Source of the DNA: a bacterium
GTDB taxonomy: Bacteria > Zhuqueibacterota > Zhuqueibacteria > Oceanimicrobiales > Oceanimicrobiaceae
Direction of reading: 5' to 3'
NCBI GenBank assembly: GCA_037446635.1
Contig: JBBIIG010000009.1
Coordinates: 1-64,000 of the forward strand
DNA length: 64,000 bases
Part shown: one piece after another, positions 37,728 through 48,618 of the stretch
How positions within the stretch are numbered: the stretch's first letter is position 1
Layout of the letters: each line of letters starts with the position of its first letter
Position numbers and translations under genes: made by a program
Notes under the pieces: generated by a model
What the model saw: the letters and a program-made list of their open reading frames with translations, nothing else
Databases searched by the model: none
Told to the model about the DNA's origin: nothing

Positions 37728-39506
37728 TTAGAACGGCCAAAATTGCGGAATGAGCAGAGTTGCCAGCAGCCAGAATAAGAGATTCAGCGGCGCGCCGATG
37801 CGCACAAAATCTGTGAATTTGTACTGGCCAGGGCCGTAGATGAGCGTATTGGTTTGATAGCCCACCGGCGTCATGAAGCTGGAGGAAGCGGCGAAGGTCA
37901 CCGCCATCAGGAACGGACGCGGGTCCACGCCGAGGGAATCGGCGGTGACGATGGCAATCGGCGCAAGCAAGGCCGCGGTGGCGTTGTTCGACATAGCTTC
38001 CGTCACCAGGGAGGTGAGCAGATAAAACGCCGCCACCACGGCCAGCGGGCCCCAGGTGCCGATTGATTTGATCATGGCCGACGAGATTAACATTGCGGCA
38101 CCGGTTTTTTCCAGAGCCGTGCCCAGCGAAAGCACGCCGGCCAGCAAAAAAATCACCTTCCATTCCACGGCTTTGTAGGCGTCTTCCATATCGAGGCAGC
38201 GAGTCAACAGCATCAAGACGCCGCCCGTAATGGCGCCCACCACGATGGGCACAATATTGAACGCCGCGGCCAGCACCACCGCGGCGACAATCGCCACCGC
38301 CGGCATAACCTTGCGCTTGCGAAAGGTGGGAAGGCCGACTTCGGAAACGACGAGGAAGGCCTCGTGTTCCTCGAGATGAATGAGATGATCGCGCCGAATC
38401 TTCACCAGCAGCACGTCACCGGCGCGCAGCGGGGTGGTCTCCAGATTTTCATGCACGGTTTCGCCGCGATGCCGCAGCACCAGCACCGTGCCGCCGAAAT
38501 GGTTGCGGAAGCGGATGCTTTTCAACGTTTTGCCATCCAAAACCGAGTTCGGCGCGATCACCGCTTCCACCAGCATTGCCTCCTCCGACTCCAACTCCTC
38601 GTCGCGCCATTTGATCTCGGGCTTCAAAACGATGCCTTTGCGCTGTTGCAGTTGCTTGATCTTCTCGACCTCGCAGCGCACTCGCAGCACGTCGTTGGCG
38701 GCGAGCACGGTTTCCGCAGTGGGAAATGGAATCAGCCGGTCATCACGCCGCACCTCCAAAATGTCGAGATCGAGGTCTTTGGCCAGGGGCGAATTCGCCA
38801 CCGATTTGCCGACCGATTCCGCCTCCGGCTGCAGCACCACGTCGATCAAATAATCACCCATGCCAAAGGTTTGCGTGAGGTCGCCTTGGCTGCGACGATC
38901 GGGGATCAAACGGATGCCGATGAAGATGATGTACAGCAGGCCGACGCCGAAGAAAATCGCCCCCAGCGGCGTGAACTCGAACATGCCGAAGGCCGGCTGG
39001 CCGTGGCGCTCGGCAATGGCGCCGACCAAAATATTCGTGGAGCTGCCAATCAGCGTGCACACGCCGCCGAACATGGAGGCGAAGGACAGCGGCATCAACA
39101 GCTTAGAGGGGCTGGCGTCGAGATCGCGCGCGACGCCGAGCAGGAGCGGCAGAAAAATCGCCACCACCGGCGTGTTGTTGATGAAGCTGGATAGGACGCC
39201 GGCGATGAGCATGGTCACGATCAACGCGAGCCAGAAATTAATTTTGAATAGCCGGCTCAACGCGCGCCCGAGATGATTCACTGCGCCGGTTTTGAATAAA
39301 CCCGCGCTGAGCACAAACATAGCGCCGACGGTGATGGTGGCGGTGTTGCTGAAGCCCGCTAACCCTTCCTCCGGCGAGATGATGCCGCTTACCAGCAACG
39401 CGCCCATCACCAGCAGCGCCACCAGATCGACCGGCAGCTTCTCGGTGGCAAACAGGATGACGGCGATGACAACCAGCGCGAGGACAAATGCGATTTCGAA
39501 GGTCAT
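37728..39506 (-). CDS. SLC13/DASS-family permease with two TrkA-C domains
   Basis: [28 protein letters not shown]. Confidence 0.92.
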   Translation of the reverse strand: MTFEIAFVLALVVIAVILFATEKLPVDLVALLVMGALLVSGIISPEEGLAGFSNTATITVGAMFVLSAGLFKTGAVNHLGRALSRLFKINFWLALIVTMLIAGVLSSFINNTPVVAIFLPLLLGVARDLDASPSKLLMPLSFASMFGGVCTLIGSSTNILVGAIAERHGQPAFGMFEFTPLGAIFFGVGLLYIIFIGIRLIPDRRSQGDLTQTFGMGDYLIDVVLQPEAESVGKSVANSPLAKDLDLDILEVRRDDRLIPFPTAETVLAANDVLRVRCEVEKIKQLQQRKGIVLKPEIKWRDEELESEEAMLVEAVIAPNSVLDGKTLKSIRFRNHFGGTVLVLRHRGETVHENLETTPLRAGDVLLVKIRRDHLIHLEEHEAFLVVSEVGLPTFRKRKVMPAVAIVAAVVLAAAFNIVPIVVGAITGGVLMLLTRCLDMEDAYKAVEWKVIFLLAGVLSLGTALEKTGAAMLISSAMIKSIGTWGPLAVVAAFYLLTSLVTEAMSNNATAALLAPIAIVTADSLGVDPRPFLMAVTFAASSSFMTPVGYQTNTLIYGPGQYKFTDFVRIGAPLNLLFWLLATLLIPQFWPF

Positions 39507-39518
39507 ATTAAACTTTCA

Positions 39519-40562
39519 TCAAAACGCAAATTGGGCGTTGATCAACAGTTGCAGATTTTCGATATCGCGATCGGTGGGGAGGATAAAATTGACTTGCAGC
39601 TCCGTGGCCTGGGTGGGCCACAGGTTATATCCGAAAATGATGAGGTGGGTATCGTCCTGAAAACCGTCGGTTTCAAAAAAATCCCCGCGCAGTAGAAGCT
39701 GAGATTGGCCCGTGATCATATAACCTCCCGTCACATAAAAGCCAAAGGGATTTCTATTTGCCCCGAAGTCCGCATCCAGATCGGCGTAAATCACCTCGCT
39801 GCTGAGCAGAAGCCGATCGCGCGCCCAGCGGAAATCTGCGCCCAGCAGAAAACGCGTTCCGGCAAAATGGTTTGTCAAGCCCGTCAGCGAGACGCCGTCG
39901 TCCGCGCTCACCGCCACGTTCACGCCAATCTCCAAACGACTCTTTTCATCGTTTCGAGAAGGAAAAGTGGAGAGCCGCGCCGAATAGAGAAAATGGTTGT
40001 TGTCGTTGTTATTGCGGCCGAAACCATTGCCATTGAACACGCCTACCGCCAGGGACGTAACTTCGGGCTTGAGCCAGGCCGTCGCTTGGACGCCGATCTG
40101 ACGCGCCGGCGACAGGGCAGTGACCACCTGCGCGCGATTGACAAAATCGATGGCGCCGGCGCTGGTCAGAAATTCTTTGCTGAACGGCGCTTTGAACTGG
40201 CCCACATCAATGATGAACCGCGGGGAGACGCGCAGGTACATGCGCGCATCCAGAATAGCTGGCGAACGCACGAAGTTGGTTTGCAGGAAATAGCCAAATC
40301 CCCGATCCAGTTCGCCGGAGATCTTCAATCGCAAGTTGGCGACATTGAAACCGTTGTTGCCGACGAAACTCCTCTCCGGTTGAAAGTCGCCGACCGTCTG
40401 CAAAAGGAAGCCGATGCTGAGATATTCCTTTTTGAAGGTCTCGGTCAACTGTTTGAAGCGGGGCTCGTCGTTGTCGGGGTTTTGGGCGGCGCTCGTTTGG
40501 GGAGATGAAAGGATGAGCCAACCGGCCGTGATGATCGTCAAAATCCACTGCAATGGTTTCAT
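39519..40562 (-). CDS. Porin (OprO/OprP-like)
   Basis: Signal peptide, GQFKAPFS.E, R.IG, GVFNGNG, terminal QFAF. Confidence 0.8.
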   Translation of the reverse strand: MKPLQWILTIITAGWLILSSPQTSAAQNPDNDEPRFKQLTETFKKEYLSIGFLLQTVGDFQPERSFVGNNGFNVANLRLKISGELDRGFGYFLQTNFVRSPAILDARMYLRVSPRFIIDVGQFKAPFSKEFLTSAGAIDFVNRAQVVTALSPARQIGVQATAWLKPEVTSLAVGVFNGNGFGRNNNDNNHFLYSARLSTFPSRNDEKSRLEIGVNVAVSADDGVSLTGLTNHFAGTRFLLGADFRWARDRLLLSSEVIYADLDADFGANRNPFGFYVTGGYMITGQSQLLLRGDFFETDGFQDDTHLIIFGYNLWPTQATELQVNFILPTDRDIENLQLLINAQFAF

Positions 40563-40876
40563 GCCATCTCCTTGTGTTTATGATTATGATTGATTGCTAA
40601 GAATCGCAATGCTATCTGCGCGCGCACTTCGACCCCTTCTTTTTTAAGAGTGGATTTGGGTCGGACGTTAGCAAAAACGCTTTTCTCTTTGCGAGCCTGA
40701 ATAATTCATGAATTTATCAACTCGGCAGATTTTCTCCATTGCCAGCGCAGTCGCTGCAACGGCCCCAACTGAGCCCAGGATCTACCGGATAGACCGAAAC
40801 GCCCGCCTCCGTTAGATACTGATAAGCAAGCGCCTTCAGCGATACGAGGTCGTGAGAGCAGCGACATAGTCGCGGA

Positions 40877-41764
40877 TTATGAAGTATAGGGATGAATGCC
40901 GAAAATCCTGCCGAGAAACTCGCCGAACAGATACGTCGCCACGGCGGTGCCGAGAGTCAGCAGCGAGCTTTCGAGAAACTCTTTTCCAAAATGACGCTCG
41001 AAGAGCACCGCGGAATAGAACGTAAAATAGGCGGTCAGCAGCATGGCCATGACCAGCGAAATAATGAATGCCGCGAGCATGTGGTGCGTCAGAAAATATG
41101 GCAGGGCGAGCGCGACCACCGCCAGAATATACGAGAACCCGGTAATCAGCGCGGAGGTCAGAGGATTGCGCTCCGTGCTCTGCTTGGCTTGCAAATAGGC
41201 GGCGGTTCCCATCGAGATGGCGGCGGCAAAGCCCACGATCAACCCGGCGACGCCGGCCATGGTGGTGGAGCTGGTGACGCCGAGGAATCCCGCGTGCACG
41301 CCCGTAATTTCGATGATGGCGTCGGCCAGCCCCAGAACGATGAAGCCTAAATATTTGACCACGCCCTCGTTAATCTGGCCGATGAAGAAATCCTCGTGCT
41401 TCTCTTCGTCGGCGATCATCCGCTCCAGCCGCGCTCCGACTTCCCCATCGAATTGCGGTTGAATTCGCCGATATTCTTCGATGACCTGTTTTTCGTGGCG
41501 CTCCAGAAACTTGACGGCGAACGTCAGGCCGAAGAAATAGCGCAGCAGCACGACGAAGTTCAGGAAAAAACGCCGGCTCCGCGGCACATACCCATTGAGG
41601 ACATCCTTCCAAAATTGGTAGTGTTCTTCTTCCTGTTGTGAAAGCTGCTGCAGAATTTCCTTGCGCTCGGAAATCTTTTCGCGCGCCGCAAGCTTTTTGT
41701 ACACCAGATGATCGGTGTATTCGTCCTCGCAGTAATTGATTAGTTCTTTTCGAGTTGGCGCCAT
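40877..41764 (-). CDS. Rubrerythrin-like + VIT1/CCC1 membrane protein
   Basis: E..H motifs (EEEH, EEKH) in the N-domain; VLGLADAIIE, AISM..AAYL in the TM domain; start trimmed to ATG 41764. Confidence 0.85.
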   Translation of the reverse strand: MAPTRKELINYCEDEYTDHLVYKKLAAREKISERKEILQQLSQQEEEHYQFWKDVLNGYVPRSRRFFLNFVVLLRYFFGLTFAVKFLERHEKQVIEEYRRIQPQFDGEVGARLERMIADEEKHEDFFIGQINEGVVKYLGFIVLGLADAIIEITGVHAGFLGVTSSTTMAGVAGLIVGFAAAISMGTAAYLQAKQSTERNPLTSALITGFSYILAVVALALPYFLTHHMLAAFIISLVMAMLLTAYFTFYSAVLFERHFGKEFLESSLLTLGTAVATYLFGEFLGRIFGIHPYTS

Positions 41765-41979
41765 GGGAATGATGTGATTCTCCCTTCGTAGTTTTCGTAT
41801 CAAGTGAGCCTGGTTTTGAATTTAGGCAAAGACTTCTCCAGCAGCAATGGCCCCGGCTTGCACGTTTTTTTTCCTCAACCAGCGTGTGAATTCTCAGAGC
41901 CGTCGAAGGCGCGACGCGCGGCGAAAATATCCTTTTGGCGCCGCGTTTTCATTTGGAATTTTTTAAAACGCTGACTATA

Positions 41980-42010
41980 AATGCCAGGCACTTAAAAGTG
42001 CCTGGCATTT
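41980..42010. repeat. Palindrome (TGCCAGGCACTT-AA-AAGTGCCTGGCA)
   Basis: Perfect inverted repeat downstream of cinA; REP-like or terminator. Confidence 0.6.
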
Positions 42011-42063
42011 CCGCACGATAAACTAAGTACACCAGGATCAAAATGCTTGTAGGGTTTCAAATA

Positions 42064-43296
42064 CTAAATTTTGGCTACCTCCATTCTCAACAAATTCAGC
42101 GCCGCCTGCACCGTGCGTTCTTTGTTGGTGATGCGATCGTTGATGAAGAGCATGCGTTTGCTGTATGACTCGCCGGCTTTGGCGAAGCCGATGTAAACCA
42201 GTCCCACTGGTTTCTCCGGCGTGCCGCCGGTTGGTCCAGCGATGCCAGTGGTTGAAACCCCAAAGTCCGCGCCGCTGATTTCGCGAACACCCTCTGCCAT
42301 CGCAACAGCGCATTCGGCGCTCACCGCGCCAAATTTTTCGATGAGCTCGGCCGGCACGCCGAGGATATCAACTTTCGCGCGGTTGCTGTATGCCACCACG
42401 CCGCGCTCAAAATAGGCGGAGCTGCCGGAGATGTTCGTCAGCTTGTGGGCCAGCAGTCCGCCGGTGCACGACTCCGCCACCGCCACGGTTTTCTTCGTTT
42501 CAAAAAATAGTTGCGCCACCACCTCTTCCAAATCGCCGTCGTCGTAAGCATAAATAAATTCGCCAGCGCGCACGCGGACAATTTGAAGCGCGCGCGCCAG
42601 ACGCGACTCGCACTCGGCCGCATCCATTCCGTGAACAGTGAGACGAATGTCCACGCCCGTGGATTTCGGCAAAAACGCGACCTTCGCCAATTCTTCGAGT
42701 TGTTTGATATCCCCCAGTCGCTCAAACAGGCTCGACTCCGGAATACCGGTGGTGCGAACCGTTTTTTGCAGGATCGTCTGCCCTTTTCCTTTCAGCATCG
42801 GGAAGACGGTGGCTTCGCACATGGCTTTCATTTCAAACGGGACGCCCGGCAAGATGAAGCACAGTTTGCCGTCCCTTTCAAAGATTAGCCCCGGCGCCGT
42901 GCCCACCGGGTTGTCGATGATTCGCGCTTTCTCCGGCACCTGCGCCTGCACTTCGTTGATGGCCGCCATCTTGATGCCGCGTGCGGCGAAAGCTTGTTTC
43001 AGCCGATCCAGAATTTCGGGTTTATAAACCAATTTCGAATCGAAAAATTCGGCGGCGACGTTTTTAGTGATGTCATCGTGCGTGGGGCCGAGGCCGCCGG
43101 TCATGATCACCATGTCAGCGCGGTGCATCGCGTTGGCGATGGCCTGTTTCAAATTGGCGGCGTCGTCGCCGACGGTGGTCGTCCATTTCACCTCCAAACC
43201 GAGGGCGGTTAACTGTTTGCCCAAATAAGCAGCGTTGCTGTTGACGATCTGTCCAATCAACAGCTCATCGCCAATGGTGATAATTTCGATTACCAT
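42064..43296 (-). CDS. cinA: CinA (NMN deamidase with N-terminal Mo-binding-like domain)
   Basis: GDELLIG, GGLGPTHDD, PGVPFEM, AESCTGG, TGIAGP. Confidence 0.96.
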   Translation of the reverse strand: MVIEIITIGDELLIGQIVNSNAAYLGKQLTALGLEVKWTTTVGDDAANLKQAIANAMHRADMVIMTGGLGPTHDDITKNVAAEFFDSKLVYKPEILDRLKQAFAARGIKMAAINEVQAQVPEKARIIDNPVGTAPGLIFERDGKLCFILPGVPFEMKAMCEATVFPMLKGKGQTILQKTVRTTGIPESSLFERLGDIKQLEELAKVAFLPKSTGVDIRLTVHGMDAAECESRLARALQIVRVRAGEFIYAYDDGDLEEVVAQLFFETKKTVAVAESCTGGLLAHKLTNISGSSAYFERGVVAYSNRAKVDILGVPAELIEKFGAVSAECAVAMAEGVREISGADFGVSTTGIAGPTGGTPEKPVGLVYIGFAKAGESYSKRMLFINDRITNKERTVQAALNLLRMEVAKI

Positions 43297-43748
43297 ATTT
43301 TTTCAACGAGCCAGTAAATCAGCCGCAGCGAAACAGCGCTATAAATTCCGGCTACCACATCGTCTATCATCACACCCCAGCCGCGGGGAAATTTTTCCAC
43401 CAGCCGGACGGGATAGGGTTTGTAAATATCAAATAATCTAAAAAGAATGAAGCCAATTGCAAGCCATACTATTTTCTTTTCCATTAAGGTGATCGTGATC
43501 AACATGCCGACGATCTCGTCGATGACGATTTGCTGATTGTCATGAGATTGCGTTGCCGTGTCCAAGCGAGTCGCCGCCCACACGCCGATAAAAAATAGCA
43601 AAACAATCGCGCCGCAGAAAAAGATGGATTCGCTGCCGGGGATGATCCAGTATAAAAAAAGGGCAACCAGGCTTCCTGCGGTTCCAGGCGAAACAGGGAT
43701 GTAGCCTAAAAACAATCCGGTGGCGATCAGGCGGGAGAGCAGTCCCAT
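43290..43748 (-). CDS. pgpA: Phosphatidylglycerophosphatase A
   Basis: PGTAGS, VIDEIVG, FRLFDIYKP, GVMIDD. Confidence 0.95.
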   Translation of the reverse strand: MGLLSRLIATGLFLGYIPVSPGTAGSLVALFLYWIIPGSESIFFCGAIVLLFFIGVWAATRLDTATQSHDNQQIVIDEIVGMLITITLMEKKIVWLAIGFILFRLFDIYKPYPVRLVEKFPRGWGVMIDDVVAGIYSAVSLRLIYWLVEKIW

Positions 43749-44372
43749 TTAACGAACATTGGTTGGCATGAACACACGATAAAAGGAAATGACCAGACTT
43801 TTGAGGTGATGGCGGTTGTCGTAAATATAAGAGATGCCGGTAGCGAGGGTAAAAAAAGTCACGAACAGCATCAAATAGTTTATGACATTCCAATCTTCGA
43901 ATTTCAAAAAAATAACCGGGAGGGATTCGTCTTCCTGGTAGCTGGCTTTGATAATCAACCAGATGAGAATGAAATAAATTGCAATCATCTGGCTGAAGGT
44001 TTTCCATTTGGCAAGGCTGCTGGTGGTGAACGTCTTGTTTTGATAGAGGGCGTAGGAACGCAGGCCGGTGATTAAAAAATCGCGCAGGGCGATGACGGCA
44101 AACATCCAGAATTTGACGTAGCCGAGGTAAGTGAACATACCGAAGGCGGCGGCGATGAGCAGCTTGTCCGCCAATGGATCGAGGTATTTGCCAATGCGCG
44201 TAACCTTGCCGTACCTGCGGGCAATGTAACCGTCGTACCAATCGGTGAAGGAGGCGAGTACAAAAATGCAAAAGGAGAGGTAGCGCGCCCACACCACATC
44301 AATCGTTAGAGTAAAAGCGAAGACCGGAGTTAAAATTATCCGTATCAGGGTCAGTTGATTGGGCAGAGCCAT
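43749..44372 (-). CDS. pgsA: CDP-diacylglycerol-glycerol-3-phosphate phosphatidyltransferase
   Basis: PNQLT..RI, TDWYDGYIAR, GKYLDPLADK; start trimmed to ATG 44372. Confidence 0.95.
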   Translation of the reverse strand: MALPNQLTLIRIILTPVFAFTLTIDVVWARYLSFCIFVLASFTDWYDGYIARRYGKVTRIGKYLDPLADKLLIAAAFGMFTYLGYVKFWMFAVIALRDFLITGLRSYALYQNKTFTTSSLAKWKTFSQMIAIYFILIWLIIKASYQEDESLPVIFLKFEDWNVINYLMLFVTFFTLATGISYIYDNRHHLKSLVISFYRVFMPTNVR

Positions 44373-44430
44373 TGGACAACTCTCGGTTTGGTGGTTGGTG
44401 TGGTTTAGCGTCCCTTCAACATACTTCAAT

Positions 44431-45027
44431 CTACAATGCTATTCTTCCTTCTAAGGCGCGCGTCAGGGTGATTTCGTCGGCGTATTCGATATCCCCACCC
44501 ACCGGCAGGCCGCGGGCGATGCGCGTGACTTTGATGTTGAGCGGCTTGATCAATTTATCCAGATAAATGGCGGTGGCCTCTCCTTCGGCGTTGGGATTGG
44601 TGGCGACGATCACCTCCCGCACGGCATCGTTCAACCTCGTCATCAGCTCTTTGATGCGCAAATCCTCGGGGCCGACGCCTTCCAGCGGCGAAAGCGCCCC
44701 GCCCAACACGTGATACAGTCCTTTAAACTCAGCCGTGCGCTCCAGCGCCAGCACATCGTTGGCTTCCTCAACCACGCAGATGACGCCGCGATCGCGATCA
44801 CGGTGGCTGCAAATGTAGCACGGATCGGTTTCCGTGATGTTATAACAAATGGAGCAAAAGCTCACCTTTTCTTTCAACGCCGTCAGCGCCTCCGCCAACT
44901 CCTGAACTTCATGCTTCGGCAGCTTCAACAAATAAAACACCAACCGCTGCGCCGTCTTTCTGCCGATTCCCGGCAGCTTGTTCAGTTGCGAAATCGCCTT
45001 TTCCAGGGATAGCGAAGGGTATTGCAT
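44431..45027 (-). CDS. recR: Recombination mediator RecR
   Basis: [12 protein letters not shown]4 zinc finger, TOPRIM YHVLGG, EGEATA. Confidence 0.97.
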   Translation of the reverse strand: MQYPSLSLEKAISQLNKLPGIGRKTAQRLVFYLLKLPKHEVQELAEALTALKEKVSFCSICYNITETDPCYICSHRDRDRGVICVVEEANDVLALERTAEFKGLYHVLGGALSPLEGVGPEDLRIKELMTRLNDAVREVIVATNPNAEGEATAIYLDKLIKPLNIKVTRIARGLPVGGDIEYADEITLTRALEGRIAL

Positions 45028-45047
45028 CGCGAATCAAATTGTGAAGT

Positions 45048-45386
45048 TTACAAGCCTGGGATTTTAAACCCACTGGGCAAATTTCCCAACATGCCGCCGG
45101 CGGCTTTGCTCATTTCTTCGTTCGCCAGTTCCTGGGCTTTGGTCAGCGCCTGGTTGACGGCCGCCACGATCAGGTCTTCCAGCATTTCGACGTCGTCCGA
45201 ACTCACCACCTGCTGGTCGATATGAATATCGAGGATTTCCTGTTTGCCGTTGGCAACCGCCGTCACCATGCCGCCGCCGGCCGTGCCTTCAACTTTGAGG
45301 TTGCTCAGCTCATCTTGAACCTGTTGTATTTTTTCCTGCATTTTCTGAGCCTGCTTCAACAGCTCATTCAAACCAGGTTTTGCCAT
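45048..45386 (-). CDS. ybaB: YbaB/EbfC nucleoid-associated protein
   Basis: QAQKMQ, GTAGGGMV, EMLEDLIVAAVN; position between dnaX and recR. Confidence 0.95.
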   Translation of the reverse strand: MAKPGLNELLKQAQKMQEKIQQVQDELSNLKVEGTAGGGMVTAVANGKQEILDIHIDQQVVSSDDVEMLEDLIVAAVNQALTKAQELANEEMSKAAGGMLGNLPSGFKIPGL

Positions 45387-45416
45387 ACGATTCTCCTTTA
45401 AGAAAATAAACAACGC

Positions 45417-47123
45417 TTATCGAACAATTTCGCCATCGAAGATTTCGATCACGCGCTTCACAATCGGGATTTGCAAAACATCTTCCGCGTTGGCCGGCGG
45501 AGCAGCGGCGGACGCGGCGGGTTTATGATGTGCAAGAATCTCCTTAAAATCTTCCGCCTCATTTTTCCGGCACTGGATTCGCAACTTGAAACCGGTTTTA
45601 CTTAAAATGCTCTTCTCGATCAATTGACGGTTTTGGTTGAGGGTGTGGATGTGAAAACCGTTTTCTTTGCCAAACGCAATTTCCAGCACGCCGTCTTTCA
45701 AACCCGTGGGATAGCCCTCGTTGAGAAACGACCCCAGATGAATTTTGTTGCGCTTGAGCTCGTCAACGATCTCCGGCCATTTTTCTTTGATGGTATTCAA
45801 CGAGGCTTCGATCATCTCATTCGGGATCACCGTTACCACTTTGCCGGCGCCGTTTTTGGGGTCGGCGCCAGGACCGGGGCGGTCGCTGACGACTTTAACC
45901 GCGTTGGCCGCGTCGCCGGCCGCCTTCGGCTGCGAATAGGTCTTGCCGGGCTGCGGTGAATTCGATCCGCCAGAATTGAGGTTGGGCGAATTCTTCAAAT
46001 TGTGAATATGCTCCAGCAGCGCGTCTAACTCCACGCTCTTTTCCATTTTAATCAACTTCACCATCAACATCTCCAAAATGGTTTTGGGATTGGGGCTGCG
46101 TTTGATGGCGAAGGCGGTTTCCGAACACAGCTTGACGAGCCGCAGCAAATCGGTTTCGGAAAATGACTTCGTCGCTTCCTGATAGCGGGGAAGATAGGTA
46201 TCGAGGCCCTCCAGCAGCTCCGCCTGGTTGGTGGATTTCAACACCAAAATGTTGCGGAAATGCTCGGTGAGGCCGTTGAGGAACTCGCCTAAATCGTACC
46301 CGTGATTGAAAATTTTTTCGGCGAGCTGCAGGCCGGCGGAAATATCTTTGCTGGCGATGCAATCGGAGCACTCGAAAAAAAGCTCGAAATCGATCAGCCC
46401 CAACAACTCCGAAAGGTCGCCGGCGCTGACTTCCGCGCCACAAAACGACACCACCTGATCCAGCAAGCTCTGGCTATCGCGCATGCTGCCGTCGGCTTTT
46501 TTGGCGATGAGATAGAGGGATTCGTCGTCAATTGTGATGTTTTCTTTTTCGCAAATCATCCGCAACTGCTGGACGATTTCAGCCAGCGGGATGCGCCGGA
46601 AATCGTAGCGCTGACAGCGAGACAAGATCGTGGCCGGAACTTTGTGGGGTTCGGTGGTGGCAAAAATGAACAGCACCCGCGGCGGCGGCTCTTCGAGGGT
46701 TTTGAGCAGCGCGTTGAACGCCTCGTTGGTGAGCATGTGCACTTCATCGATGATGTAGATTTTGTGCTTGCCTTTGGGGGCGGCGTATTTCAGATTATCG
46801 CGGAGATTGCGGACTTCGTCTATGCCGCGGTTGGAGGCGCCGTCGATTTCAAACACGTCGAGGCTGCGGCCGGTGGTGATTTCGGTGCAACTTGCACACT
46901 GGTTGCAGGGAGTGGGCGTCGGGCCGTGGTCGCAGTTGATGGCTTTAGCAAAAATTCGCGCCGTGGTGGTTTTGCCCACGCCGCGCGGCCCGGAGAATAA
47001 ATAGGCGGTAGCCAGCCGGTTATTTTTGATGGCGTTCATTAAAGTAGTGGCGACGTGATTTTGTGCCACTACTTCGCCGAATTGCATTGGCCGCCATTTT
47101 CTGGCTAACACCAAGTATGACAT
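45417..47123 (-). CDS. dnaX: DNA polymerase III gamma/tau
   Basis: YLVLARKWRP, GPRGVGKT, DEVHML, KTLEEPP, SRC. Confidence 0.97.
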   Translation of the reverse strand: MSYLVLARKWRPMQFGEVVAQNHVATTLMNAIKNNRLATAYLFSGPRGVGKTTTARIFAKAINCDHGPTPTPCNQCASCTEITTGRSLDVFEIDGASNRGIDEVRNLRDNLKYAAPKGKHKIYIIDEVHMLTNEAFNALLKTLEEPPPRVLFIFATTEPHKVPATILSRCQRYDFRRIPLAEIVQQLRMICEKENITIDDESLYLIAKKADGSMRDSQSLLDQVVSFCGAEVSAGDLSELLGLIDFELFFECSDCIASKDISAGLQLAEKIFNHGYDLGEFLNGLTEHFRNILVLKSTNQAELLEGLDTYLPRYQEATKSFSETDLLRLVKLCSETAFAIKRSPNPKTILEMLMVKLIKMEKSVELDALLEHIHNLKNSPNLNSGGSNSPQPGKTYSQPKAAGDAANAVKVVSDRPGPGADPKNGAGKVVTVIPNEMIEASLNTIKEKWPEIVDELKRNKIHLGSFLNEGYPTGLKDGVLEIAFGKENGFHIHTLNQNRQLIEKSILSKTGFKLRIQCRKNEAEDFKEILAHHKPAASAAAPPANAEDVLQIPIVKRVIEIFDGEIVR

Positions 47124-47382
47124 TCTCTTTTCCTCCGCGCCTTTGCTGTCTTCTGTCAGGTTGAGTTCTGGCTCGCTTTAACCTCATTGGACTTTAACGA
47201 CTTGTAGCCAGATTTTAGGTACGTTCCCACTGTGCTTCCCTTGAACATGTGGCGGCTCATTTTCATCTGAAGAGTAGAAGTGGAACAAATAACCGCCAAT
47301 TTTCCGCGAGGGCATCTCGACTAATCACCCCTCAGCCCACCAATCCCATTAATCCAGCACGTCATTATTCCAACAAGAGTTT

Positions 47383-47658
47383 GGCTGTGCACCTGTCTCC
47401 GACTCTTCCTTCCCCACGAGAGATGTCCTACAAAAAACTCCGGCCAAGCAAAACCATCGGCACATAAAATAAATGCTTACCGCTGCTACCTTCCGGTCCT
47501 GACGGGGTTGGGCTATATTTTATTGCGAAGGACTTGAACCATCAACGTCTTTTTGCGGAATCTCTGGCATGGGGGGAGTAAGCCTCGGACAGGAATTCGA
47601 CCCTGCTATAGCGGATTGCAGGCAACAGGGCACCGCTAACTCCCCGTCTAGCACAGCC
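47383..47658 (-). ncRNA. ffs: Large (Alu-domain) bacterial SRP RNA
   Basis: Domain IV motif AACCCCGTCAGGACCGGAAGGTAGCAGCGGTA; 5' GGCTGTGC pairs with 3' GCACAGCC (276 nt); located upstream of dnaX. Confidence 0.9.
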
Positions 47659-47664
47659 TTTTTG

Positions 47665-47738
<74 letters not shown>

Positions 47739-47818
47739 AAGTCAATTGATTATTGTCTATTGATTATTGATTAATAGTTCGTCGCGCGCAAAGCATTAGC
47801 CAATAATCAATCGCGAAG

Positions 47819-47906
47819 CGGAGAGGGAGGGATTTGAACCCCCGGTGGCACAAGGCCACAACGGTTTTCGAGACCGCCCCGTTCAACCAGGCTCCGGCAC
47901 CTCTCC
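47819..47906 (-). tRNA. tRNA-Ser(CGA)
   Basis: GGAGAGG acceptor, anticodon loop CT-CGA-AA, long variable arm. Confidence 0.95.
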
Positions 47907-47907
47907 G

Positions 47908-47992
47908 GAATTATCAATTGTTAAGGGTGAACTGTGAATTGTGAATCGTAAATTGACAATTAACAATTCAGCATTCACAATTCACCATTCAA
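47908..47992. repeat. Heptamer-periodic inverted repeat (TGTGAAT/ATTCACA family) between tRNAs
   Basis: gtgaactgtgaattgtgaatcgtaaat ... aattcagcattcacaattcaccattca; relatives at 47741-47812 and 48562-48615. Confidence 0.7.
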
Positions 47993-47994
47993 AG

Positions 47995-48084
47995 CGGAGA
48001 GACAGGGATTCGAACCCTGGGAGGAGCTTGTGACCCCTCACACGATTTCCAGTCGTGCACCTTCGGCCTCTCGGTCATCTCTCC
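47995..48084 (-). tRNA. tRNA-Ser(GGA)
   Basis: GGAGAGA acceptor, anticodon loop CT-GGA-AA, long variable arm. Confidence 0.95.
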
Positions 48085-48569
48085 AGGCGATCCTGCTCGC
48101 GCAACCTCTGAAAGAACGATTGCAGAATCCCCAGACATTTATCCTCTAAAATCCCATTGGTTACGGTGATGGTCGAAAGCAGTCTCGGGTTCTGCAAAAT
48201 GTTGATGGCGCTTCCGCACGCGCCCATACGCGCATCGCTAACGCCGTACACCAAATTCGGGATGCGCGCTAAATAAATCGCGCCCGCGCACATGGGGCAC
48301 GGCTCTTTGGTAACGTAGAGCGCCACGTCTTCGAGCCGCCAAGATTTCAAATAATCTGCCGCAGCGGTAATGGCAACGATCTCGGCATGGGCAGTGGGAT
48401 CCTGAAGGGTCTCCACCATATTGTGCCCTCTGCCAATCACGCGATCGCGATACACTATCACCGCGCCAACGGGAACCTCCTTCATCGCAAATGCTTTCTC
48501 GGCCTCGCGGAATGCCTGCTGCATCCACGTTTCGTGCGGCGTCAATTGGAAGTTCCCAGAATTTGTCAA
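48075..48569 (-). CDS. tadA: tRNA adenosine(34) deaminase
   Basis: EVPVGAV, DPTAHAE, EPCPMCAGA, FF..LR. Confidence 0.95.
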   Translation of the reverse strand: MTNSGNFQLTPHETWMQQAFREAEKAFAMKEVPVGAVIVYRDRVIGRGHNMVETLQDPTAHAEIVAITAAADYLKSWRLEDVALYVTKEPCPMCAGAIYLARIPNLVYGVSDARMGACGSAINILQNPRLLSTITVTNGILEDKCLGILQSFFQRLREQDRLER

Positions 48570-48618
48570 TTGTCAGTTGTCAATTATCAATTATCAATTG
48601 ACAATTATCAATGATTTG

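Noticed and set aside
45417..47123. Programmed -1 frameshift in dnaX
   Set aside because: I did not find a convincing slippery site with a downstream hairpin at the expected position after domain III.
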